Assembly: GCA_964629655.1 (NCBI GenBank)
Contig: CAZVQU010000002.1
Location: 460,878 to 524,877, forward strand
Length of the DNA: 64,000 nucleotides
Direction: 5' to 3'
From: an uncultured Planctomycetia bacterium
GTDB taxonomy: Bacteria > Omnitrophota > Gorgyraeia > Duberdicusellales > 4484-171
Shown one piece after another: positions 41,530 through 48,250 of this stretch; position 1 is the stretch's first letter, and every line of letters begins with the position of its first letter. The notes beneath the pieces are model-generated. The model searched no databases. It was not told the origin of the DNA and saw only the letters and a list, made by a program, of their open reading frames with translations. Both the position numbers and the translations under genes were made by a program.

Positions 41530-42683
41530 AATCTATTCAAATACTCCTCTGCTTTTCTTCTTGCCCAATCATCCCAGAAAAAAACATCTCCTACTCTCTT
41601 TATCTTGCTGGATTTATAGTTTCTGAAGATATGAGCCATTACCTTATATATATCGATAAATTTTATTCTCCTTGTCAAAAAATAATCTATAGCGACCTCA
41701 TCAACAGCATTCAGAATAACCAAAGAGTTGTCCTCTTTCTTCGCAGCCTGCAAAATTATCTCCAATAAAGGATAATCTTTAGAATTAAGAGGTTTAAAAT
41801 TATAAGAAAAACTACTCTTAAAATTAACCCCTTTTTTAGAATCAAAACGCTTAGGATACAAAAGGGCATGAGAAATTGGAGTCTTCATATCCGGAGGGTA
41901 GAGACAAGCAAATAAGGTGTTGTCTTTATGCTCTAGGAGAGCATGAATTGCTGACTCTTTATGGAGAACAACGCCTATTTTTTGATAATCTAACCCGAAA
42001 AAGTAATGGGTCTCTACAACTTCAAACCCTTTATTAACCAAGGTAGCACTATCTACAGTTACCCGCTTGCCCATCTTCCAAGTAGGATGATCTAGGACTT
42101 TTCTTACTCCGACTTTAGCTAATCTACTCTTGCTATAACCAGCCAAAGCTCCTCCGGAAGCGGTAAGATAGACTTTGCGAAGATCATCTTGGTAGCCTCT
42201 CCCGCCTCTTAGCTCAATAAGTTGAAAAAGAGCATTTATCTCACTATCTACAGGTAAAATTTGAGTATCAAACCTCTTGGCCCTTTTAAATACTAACGAC
42301 CCGGCAGTGACTATAGACTCTTTATTAGCTAGAGCTATGCGTTTACTATTAGCAATGGCTATTAAAAGAGGCTTTAGGGATGAAATCCCTGCGATAGCCA
42401 TTACCGCTATGTCTGAGGCAATAGAAGAAAAATCCTCTAATCCTGCCTGGCCAGAGAAAAGCTTAATACCCCGGCCTAATTTCTTCTTTAAACTCTTGGC
42501 TTTACCTTCATCCCTTACACAAACAGACAAAGGACGGAATTCTTTAATCTGACTATAGAGAGCATTAATATCCTTATTAGCACAAAGACCAATAACCTTA
42601 AGCTTGCCCTTACTCTCCCTAATTACACTTAAGGCCTTTTTACCAATCGACCCTGTTGAGCCGAATATTACTACTTTCTTCAT
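41526..42683 (-). CDS. dxr: 1-deoxy-D-xylulose 5-phosphate reductoisomerase
   Basis: 385 aa with an NADPH-binding N-terminus (IFGSTGSIG). Confidence 0.9.
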   Translation of the reverse strand: MKKVVIFGSTGSIGKKALSVIRESKGKLKVIGLCANKDINALYSQIKEFRPLSVCVRDEGKAKSLKKKLGRGIKLFSGQAGLEDFSSIASDIAVMAIAGISSLKPLLIAIANSKRIALANKESIVTAGSLVFKRAKRFDTQILPVDSEINALFQLIELRGGRGYQDDLRKVYLTASGGALAGYSKSRLAKVGVRKVLDHPTWKMGKRVTVDSATLVNKGFEVVETHYFFGLDYQKIGVVLHKESAIHALLEHKDNTLFACLYPPDMKTPISHALLYPKRFDSKKGVNFKSSFSYNFKPLNSKDYPLLEIILQAAKKEDNSLVILNAVDEVAIDYFLTRRIKFIDIYKVMAHIFRNYKSSKIKRVGDVFFWDDWARRKAEEYLNRL

Positions 42684-42723
42684 AATTTTATATTACCCTA
42701 GCCCTAATTCCGGACTAGCTGGT

Positions 42724-43527
42724 CTATCGCATCATTGTAAGATAGAGATAAAATGTGGGTGCTGTAAAAATTAAACTGTCGATAACATCAAGGATTCCCC
42801 CCATACCCGGGAGAAGTTTTCCGGAGTCTTTGACCTGACAATCTCTTTTAATAAGCGACTCGAAAAGATCGCCCAATTGTGCAATTATAGCTAAGATTAT
42901 AACAAGAAAAAACTTTTCCCAAAAATTAATACTTCCAATAAATAAAGAAAAGATAACTCCTACGCCTAAGCTGGTAAAAAACCCGCCGATAGCCCCCTCT
43001 AGAGATTTCTTGGGACTTATTCTCTTAAACAAACGAGTCTTACCAAATTTCTTACCCCAAAGGTAAGCGCCGGTGTCCGAAGATTTAGTCACTAAAATTA
43101 GGAATCCTGTGAGCATAGCTCCCTCGGGAAGCTGCCTTATCCGGATAAGAAATGAAAAACACCAAGATATATATATTACCCCGAAAACCGTAGCTGAAAT
43201 AGATAATATCGATTGATGAGCATCCTTTTTAGTCAACTCCGAAAGAAAGAGAATAAAAACACCGATAACTACGAATAAAAACTGCCATCCTTCTTGGATA
43301 GAAAAGCGAAAATATATAGTTATCGGGATAAGTATTCCGACTAAAAGCCCCAGGGGCTTAAATAACCTTACCCCCTTCTTCTCAACCATATAAAAGAACT
43401 CATAAAGAGCAGCTAAAATTAGCAAGCAACAAAACAGACCACAAAGTGGATAGTAAATCACACAGAATACTGCAAGTACGCTTAAAATACTAAACGGAAG
43501 TAGTCGCCTTTGCATTAATTGCTCCAA
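42724..43527 (-). CDS. cdsA: Phosphatidate cytidylyltransferase
   Basis: 267 aa multi-TM CTP-transferase. Confidence 0.8.
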   Translation of the reverse strand: MEQLMQRRLLPFSILSVLAVFCVIYYPLCGLFCCLLILAALYEFFYMVEKKGVRLFKPLGLLVGILIPITIYFRFSIQEGWQFLFVVIGVFILFLSELTKKDAHQSILSISATVFGVIYISWCFSFLIRIRQLPEGAMLTGFLILVTKSSDTGAYLWGKKFGKTRLFKRISPKKSLEGAIGGFFTSLGVGVIFSLFIGSINFWEKFFLVIILAIIAQLGDLFESLIKRDCQVKDSGKLLPGMGGILDVIDSLIFTAPTFYLYLTMMR

Positions 43528-44275
43528 ATCTCCTATCCCTTTGAGAATAAGCTTTTATCGCCTTATGTAAGTGTTCTTTATCAAACTCCGGCCAAAAGAC
43601 CGGGGTAAAGTAAAATTCACTATAAGCTAAATCCCAAATCAAAAAATTGCTAATCCTCTTCTCACCAGAAGTTCTAATAAGCAAATCCGGTGCCGAAATA
43701 CTACCTAAAGAAAGATGCTTATTAAACAACTTCTCATCTATATCCTCCCAGACCATACTCTTGCCTACGCACTTCTTTGCTATTCTTTTTGCCGCATTAA
43801 CAATATCCCATTTCCCTCCATAATCTAAGGCTACATTAAAAGTAAAACTCTTATTATCCTTAGTAACATCTTCGGTCTTTCTTATCTCTTTGATGACCTC
43901 TTTGCTAAGTCTGTCCCTTCTACCGATTGCCTTAAACTTTATATCCTTTTGCACAAATTCTTTCTGGTAATCCTTTAGAAGCTTGATCAGATAGAAAAAA
44001 ATAAATTCTATTTCCTTTTTTGGTCTATCCCAATTCTCAGTAGAGAAAGCAAAGATGGTTAAAACCTTCACCCCAATTCTTTTGGCTTCCTTAAGAATCT
44101 CCTTCACCCTTTTTGCTCCCTGGCGATGGCCAACCGTACGAGGCAGCATCCTTTTTTTGGCCCATCTTCCATTTCCGTCCATTATTACAGCTATATGGTA
44201 AGGTACTTTCATTTTTGCCCTAGCTACTCTATCTAAAATAAAAGGGGGCTTCTGCCCCCTTGTGTAAGAATACAT
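43490..44275 (-). CDS. uppS: Ditrans,polycis-undecaprenyl-diphosphate synthase
   Basis: 261 aa cis-IPPS (HIAVIMDGNGRWA). Confidence 0.9.
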   Translation of the reverse strand: MYSYTRGQKPPFILDRVARAKMKVPYHIAVIMDGNGRWAKKRMLPRTVGHRQGAKRVKEILKEAKRIGVKVLTIFAFSTENWDRPKKEIEFIFFYLIKLLKDYQKEFVQKDIKFKAIGRRDRLSKEVIKEIRKTEDVTKDNKSFTFNVALDYGGKWDIVNAAKRIAKKCVGKSMVWEDIDEKLFNKHLSLGSISAPDLLIRTSGEKRISNFLIWDLAYSEFYFTPVFWPEFDKEHLHKAIKAYSQRDRRFGAINAKATTSV

Positions 44276-44291
44276 TAATTAGTTTTACGGG

Positions 44292-44606
44292 TTACTCTGC
44301 GCCGAGTTTCTGCTTCATTAGCTCTTCTTTGAGATTCTCTTCTAATTTATCTTTTAGCTTCTCTATCTTTACATTCTCTTCTTTAAGATCTTCTATCTTA
44401 TCGTTTAATTGTTCGATATCTCCCGCCAAATCGCTATTGTCACTTTTTAAATCCTCGATATTCTTGGCAAGACTTATATTTTTAGCTAACTCTTGTTTAT
44501 AAACTCCTGATAAAGAATTCATCTTAACCAAGAGAGATACGCCGGCGATAACCAGAACTACAATCAGACCAATTAAAAGACTTATTATCAATGGGTTATC
44601 CTTCAT
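44292..44606 (-). CDS. Membrane-anchored coiled-coil protein (hypothetical)
   Basis: 104 aa with an N-terminal TM helix and a Glu/Lys-rich coiled coil. Overlaps the upstream Pal-like gene by 4 nt. Confidence 0.45.
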   Translation of the reverse strand: MKDNPLIISLLIGLIVVLVIAGVSLLVKMNSLSGVYKQELAKNISLAKNIEDLKSDNSDLAGDIEQLNDKIEDLKEENVKIEKLKDKLEENLKEELMKQKLGAE

Positions 44607-45235
44607 TTCAACTCCTCCTCATTTATTTCTAAAGACTCTTCTGCTATTTTCTCCTTTACTGATTTAGGCAAAACAACAATCTCTACCCGCCTGTTAAGCT
44701 GCTTGCCTTCATCTATATCATTGGAAGCAACCGGTTGATGCTCTCCATAACCAATTGCCGACAATCTTTCAGAAGCAATAGCTCTTCTCTCTAGGTGATT
44801 AAGTACGCTTAAAGCCCTTTGGGCAGACAGTTCCCAGTTTGATTTCCAGCGAGAGTGTTTTATCGGCTCGTTATCGGTATGCCCTTCAATTCCGATTCTG
44901 TTACCAGGAACCGCTTCTTTAAGAATTTTTACTACCTTGTCTAGAATTGGAAGGCTTTTTCTTCTCAGCCTTGCTTTTCCGGAATCAAAAAGAACTTCAG
45001 CCACAAAGGTAATTACCAGGCCCTTCTTGGCTATATTTAAACTTACCTTTTTATCTTCTATCTCTTTAGCAAGAGAATTCTCTAAGAGATCGCTAGCTTC
45101 TCTTAGATTAACTAGCTCACTCTCTAAAATCTCTATTTTCTCAAGATCTGAGCGTCTCCCTTTTTGGAAAACTACCGTACATCCATTTAAAACTAAGAGA
45201 GAAATAACTAATAAAATAAGACCTGTTTTGCGCAT
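44603..45235 (-). CDS. OmpA/MotB-domain peptidoglycan-binding lipoprotein (Pal-like) with an internal coiled coil
   Basis: 210 aa. Signal peptide with a near-lipobox (VLNGC), then a coiled coil, then a C-terminal OmpA-like domain (…GHTDNEP…NRRVEIVV). SD AAGGGGG precedes the ATG. Confidence 0.7.
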   Translation of the reverse strand: MRKTGLILLVISLLVLNGCTVVFQKGRRSDLEKIEILESELVNLREASDLLENSLAKEIEDKKVSLNIAKKGLVITFVAEVLFDSGKARLRRKSLPILDKVVKILKEAVPGNRIGIEGHTDNEPIKHSRWKSNWELSAQRALSVLNHLERRAIASERLSAIGYGEHQPVASNDIDEGKQLNRRVEIVVLPKSVKEKIAEESLEINEEELK

Positions 45236-45369
45236 CGTGACCCCCTTTTAAATTAACGGATTTAGCCTATCATAATCGGCTTTGCAAGTCAAGGGATTTG
45301 ATTATTCCCTGCAAAAAACAAGACTCCAGGAACTAAGATAATGCCTGCAAAAGCAGAAAATATGGTAAT

Positions 45370-45453
45370 TTATTTCCTGGATTTAGCTTTCTTTTTAGCT
45401 TTAGGCTTTGCTTTCTTCTTAGGCTTAGCCTTTGCTCCGCAACAACAACCCAT
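45370..45453 (-). CDS. 27-aa Cys/Lys-rich micro-protein (MGCCCGAKAKPKKKAKPKAKKKAKSRK)
   Basis: ATG preceded by a consensus SD (GGAGGtaatcATG). A near-consensus promoter sits 45 nt upstream, after a terminator. This ORF is shorter than the track cut-off and does not appear in the supplied ORF track. Confidence 0.5.
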   Translation of the reverse strand: MGCCCGAKAKPKKKAKPKAKKKAKSRK

Positions 45454-45479
45454 GATTACCTCCTTATCTCCTATACTAA

Positions 45480-45507
45480 ATAATACCCTACTAAAGAATC
45501 AAGTCAA
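45480..45507 (-). promoter_or_regulatory. Putative sigma70-type promoter for the micro-ORF and Pal-like operon (TTGACT-16-TATTAT)
   Basis: -35 is the reverse complement of 45502-45507. -10 is the reverse complement of 45480-45485. Confidence 0.4.
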
Positions 45508-45661
45508 GCCTTAAATATCAACAATATCAGGGATTTAAAACGTTTTCAGAATACCCCTCGTTAAGTATTGAAATCGCCTTTTCTATATTGTATATCTTAG
45601 TTGTCAAGAGCCACCGGCCACGGAAGGGGCTCAAATAGATCTAAATCCTTCTTTCTAGAAA

Positions 45662-45690
45662 ATAGGGGCACAAAAATGCCCCTATTTTTT
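45662..45690. terminator. Bidirectional intrinsic terminator hairpin (ATAGGGGCA-loop-TGCCCCTAT flanked by A- and T-runs)
   Basis: 9-bp GC-containing stem with a 6-nt loop. A T-run follows on the plus strand and a TTTTCT run follows on the minus strand. It lies 6 nt after the stop of the 40-aa peptide gene. Confidence 0.55.
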
Positions 45691-45695
45691 TATGC

Positions 45696-45818
45696 CTAGT
45701 CAAAAGCCTGAGCAATGCCATAAGCTGCTGCTGCTGATACGGCTGTACCGATAACTGCACAACCCTGTATAAATAATACCATTAGTAATATAACAACTAT
45801 CAATAATCTTTTCACCAT
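45696..45818 (-). CDS. 40-aa hydrophobic lipobox peptide (MVKRLLIVVILLMVLFIQGCAVIGTAVSAAAAYGIAQAFD), entericidin-like small lipoprotein or membrane peptide
   Basis: SD GGAGG lies 4 nt upstream of the ATG. N-region KR, h-region and FIQGC lipobox, with a Gly/Ala-rich mature part. Last gene before the terminator and shorter than the ORF-track cut-off. Confidence 0.5.
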   Translation of the reverse strand: MVKRLLIVVILLMVLFIQGCAVIGTAVSAAAAYGIAQAFD

Positions 45819-45828
45819 CTACCTCCTT

Positions 45829-46257
45829 CTATTTAAAGAAATCTATATATATAGCAAATAACAACGCTACGGCTGAGAGTATAAATATGAAAAGGTAATT
45901 TACCCTTTCTTTCTTGGAAACTAAACCACAAAGTAACTTCTCGACATTATCATAATCATCTTTGGCCAATTGTTTTTGGTTAGCAATTTTATCCATGAGG
46001 CCTTTCTGAATAATTAGTTTAGCCCTTGACTGGCTCACTTTAAATTTATATATAAAGAATATGAAGAATCCGCTAACCCCTATATACCAGGCAATCTTCC
46101 CATAACTAGGGTTAAAATTCATTAGTACTGTTACCGTTCGTATTGATATAGTTGCCAACATTCCGATAGCAACGAAAAACCATGAAGCACGCGTGTCTTT
46201 ACAATTCTTATACTGACCGCAATTTATGCACTTTTCACCATCAATCTTAGACTTCAT
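45829..46257 (-). CDS. Zinc-ribbon (CxxC…C) 3-TM membrane protein, hypothetical
   Basis: 142 aa: N-terminal CINCGQYKNC, three predicted TM helices and a central amphipathic helix. Confidence 0.5.
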   Translation of the reverse strand: MKSKIDGEKCINCGQYKNCKDTRASWFFVAIGMLATISIRTVTVLMNFNPSYGKIAWYIGVSGFFIFFIYKFKVSQSRAKLIIQKGLMDKIANQKQLAKDDYDNVEKLLCGLVSKKERVNYLFIFILSAVALLFAIYIDFFK

Positions 46258-46278
46258 TCTTAGATTACCTCTTTTTAT

Positions 46279-46644
46279 CTAGGTTAACAACTCGTTAACT
46301 TTTTCCAGAAGCTCATCAGCCTTAAAGGGTTTAGACATATAGCAACTAGCGCCGATAACTCTTCCGACAACTCTATCAGTATCAGATGATTTCCCGGTTA
46401 GCATAATAATAGGTAAGTTAGCTGTCTTTTGATCCTTTCTAATCTCTCGGCAAACCTCTTCGCCGGGGAGTTTTGGCAATATCAGATCTAATATAACCAA
46501 ATCCGGCATCTTATTTTGTACCTTCTCTAAAGCCTTCTGGCCATCATAGGCAGTGATAACCTCATATCCATTAGCCTCAAGCCTCATCTGGATCATATCA
46601 ACCAATTGGACATCGTCATCAACTACTAATATTTTCTTATCCAT
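46279..46644 (-). CDS. Stand-alone CheY-like response-regulator receiver
   Basis: 121 aa with all phospho-acceptor residues (DD10-11, D53 in LVILDL, T81 in MLTGKS, K103 in SKPF). No output domain. Confidence 0.8.
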   Translation of the reverse strand: MDKKILVVDDDVQLVDMIQMRLEANGYEVITAYDGQKALEKVQNKMPDLVILDLILPKLPGEEVCREIRKDQKTANLPIIMLTGKSSDTDRVVGRVIGASCYMSKPFKADELLEKVNELLT

Positions 46645-46665
46645 AGTGCTTGCTTCCTATTATTT

Positions 46666-46693
46666 ATTATATCACTGTTTTAGCTTGAGGCAA
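46666..46693 (-). promoter_or_regulatory. Putative promoter for the receiver operon (TTGCCT-16-TGaTATAAT, extended -10)
   Basis: -10 is the reverse complement of 46666-46671 with TG. -35 is the reverse complement of 46688-46693. Confidence 0.4.
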
Positions 46694-46722
46694 AAAATTG
46701 ATGTAAAATATACCAAATTAAA

Positions 46723-46758
46723 TAAAAAAACGGAGGCTACAAATTTGCAATCTCCGCT
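46723..46758 (-). terminator. Intrinsic terminator (GCGGAG-loop-CTCCGt + T7) downstream of the 105-aa lipoprotein gene
   Basis: Minus-strand hairpin from 46731-46736 / 46752-46757 followed by TTTTTTT (plus-strand A-run 46723-46730). It sits 44 nt after the stop. Confidence 0.5.
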
Positions 46759-46808
46759 TCTTGCCTTGAAGGAAATAACCTATTAATTAAGAGCAGTCTA
46801 CACTCTCT

Positions 46809-47126
46809 TTATTCTTTGAATTTAATTACTACCCCGGTAATACTTACTTTTTCGCCAACAAACTCACCGGTAGTAATATAAACAGCTTCACCACCTAACT
46901 TTGAGGCCTCTTTTTTCAAGATATCTTCAATTTGAGACCACTGGGCAGCTTCTGTGCTCACTTCACCTATCTTTATATATTTCCTCTCAGACGGAGACCT
47001 TCTATAAACCCTTATGTCTTTGGCCTCTGTCGGAGTAAACTTTACATCACTCTCATAAAGGGTTACCTTTGCGGTTGCACAACCAACTAACATTACTAAG
47101 GCTAATAAACAGATTAACTTCTTCAT
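46809..47126 (-). CDS. Small lipoprotein, hypothetical
   Basis: 105 aa with signal peptide and LVGC lipobox. SD AGGAGG precedes the ATG. Confidence 0.6.
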   Translation of the reverse strand: MKKLICLLALVMLVGCATAKVTLYESDVKFTPTEAKDIRVYRRSPSERKYIKIGEVSTEAAQWSQIEDILKKEASKLGGEAVYITTGEFVGEKVSITGVVIKFKE

Positions 47127-47222
47127 CCTGCCTCCTTACTTAAAAAAACGATCCCGATCATAAGAATTACCCTATGATTTTAATCTATTCCGTCATATCG
47201 GCAACCTTATAGCTAGTAATAA

Positions 47223-47251
47223 ATAATACCTCTTCGACTTAGAATAGTCAA
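47223..47251 (-). promoter_or_regulatory. Putative promoter (TTGACT-17-TATTAT) for the 105-aa lipoprotein gene
   Basis: -35 is the reverse complement of 47246-47251. -10 is the reverse complement of 47223-47228. Confidence 0.4.
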
Positions 47252-47275
47252 TTTCTAAATTTATATCGCTTCTCT

Positions 47276-47593
47276 TTAACTGTCATCAATATCCTTGAGG
47301 TGTTCCTGAATTTCTCCGCCTACAACAACCCAAGTAACAATATCTCCTGTCTCTTCAGTTCTCCAATCCGAGAATGTAAAGTATTCCACATTACCAAAGT
47401 AGCAATAATGCAACAAGGTCTGCTCTACGAACCCCATCTCTTCTAACTTCTTTGGAATAGTTTTGCCTTGTCTTGTGAATTCTGTGGCAGTAGTATAGCC
47501 TGAATCCTGCTTATGACCTGAGTCTTCGGTTGGACTACAGGCGGCAAGGAATAGTATAAAAATCAGTAGGGGTTTCGTTCTATTCTTCTTAAT
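47276..47593 (-). CDS. Lipoprotein ORF without a canonical start codon (possible ATT start; …IKKNRTKPLLIFILFLAAC|SPTED…)
   Basis: 107-codon open frame beginning immediately after the TAA of the upstream gene, in the same frame. It has a textbook n/h-region and LAAC lipobox. There is no in-frame ATG, GTG or TTG before the lipobox; the only start candidate is ATT at 47591-47593. It is absent from the ORF track because the ATG-initiated part is shorter than 60 aa. Confidence 0.4.
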   Translation of the reverse strand: MKKNRTKPLLIFILFLAACSPTEDSGHKQDSGYTTATEFTRQGKTIPKKLEEMGFVEQTLLHYCYFGNVEYFTFSDWRTEETGDIVTWVVVGGEIQEHLKDIDDS

Positions 47594-47599
47594 CTTCTT

Positions 47600-47881
47600 T
47601 TATTTTTTTGTTGGATTGTCTCCATTAAGTTCTGCCCGTAATTCTCTTATTTTTGATTCCAATCGTGTTATTTTTGAGTTCTTTCGTGCTATTATTGCTT
47701 CCGATTCTACTCTTTTTGAGTTTAATTCTCCTATTTTTGATTCCAATTCTTTTATTTTAAAATCTCGTGGTTCTACACTGACTCTTTTTTGAACTTCGCA
47801 TGTAATGCCTGCTACAGCTAAAATAACCAATATCGAAACATTAACCCAACGACTATCAATTTTTTCTTTTAATCTTGCCAC
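47600..47881 (-). CDS. Membrane-anchored coiled-coil protein with tandem heptad repeats, ending in KK (Lpp-like architecture)
   Basis: 93 aa with a GTG start. N-terminal hydrophobic anchor, then repeats (ELESKIGEL / RLESKIREL) encoded by imperfect ~33-nt DNA direct repeats. Confidence 0.5.
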   Translation of the reverse strand: MARLKEKIDSRWVNVSILVILAVAGITCEVQKRVSVEPRDFKIKELESKIGELNSKRVESEAIIARKNSKITRLESKIRELRAELNGDNPTKK

Positions 47882-47940
47882 GCCGAAATTAAATATCCTC
47901 TCCCGTTAATATATTACCTCTATTTATCTCCTTTTCAAAC

Positions 47941-47968
47941 AAAAAAGCAACCCCATTATGAGAGTTGC
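47941..47968 (-). promoter_or_regulatory. Leader hairpin plus U-run (possible attenuator) in the long 5' UTR of the Lpp-like gene
   Basis: Minus strand GCAAC-12 nt-GTTGC followed by TTTTTTGTTT. It is preceded by an 8-codon mini-ORF (MKMDIRTG) downstream of the promoter at 48032-48060. Confidence 0.25.
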
Positions 47969-48031
47969 CCTATAAATTTCAACCTGTTCTTATATCCATC
48001 TTCATACCCCGAGCCTTTGTGGTAATAATAG

Positions 48032-48060
48032 ATATTACCTCTCCGGCCTAAAAGAGTCAA
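48032..48060 (-). promoter_or_regulatory. Putative promoter (TTGACT-17-TAATAT) for the Lpp-like and lipoprotein operon
   Basis: -35 is the reverse complement of 48055-48060. -10 is the reverse complement of 48032-48037. Confidence 0.4.
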
Positions 48061-48069
48061 TTTATAAAT

Positions 48070-48098
48070 TTGACACTCTTATTGAAACCATGTATATA
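48070..48098 (+). promoter_or_regulatory. Putative divergent plus-strand promoter (TTGACA-17-TATATA with upstream TG)
   Basis: -35 at 48070-48075 and -10 at 48093-48098. It sits back-to-back with the minus-strand -35 across a 12-bp AT palindrome. Confidence 0.35.
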
Positions 48099-48250
48099 CA
48101 AAAACTAAAAAAAATTAAGGGACTATATATATGTCAGGTGGTAACATACCCCCATACCGGCAGTTTTTTACCCACTACCCCTGGGTACTGTCCAAATACT
48201 GACTATATTATATCAAAATCGGCATAAAACAGCACTAATAGGCACCGAAA

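Noticed and set aside
45241-45300. Promoter directly upstream of the Pal-like gene (TTGACT at ~45268-45273 on the minus strand)
   Set aside because: A good -35 but no acceptable -10 at 16-18 nt. Transcription more likely comes from the micro-ORF promoter at 45480-45507, so it is not called.
48059-48070. Perfect 12-bp palindrome AATTTATAAATT as a stand-alone element (restriction-site-like or operator)
   Set aside because: A pure-AT 12-mer palindrome is not unusual in DNA this AT-rich. I report it only in the context of the divergent -35 boxes that create the larger symmetry.
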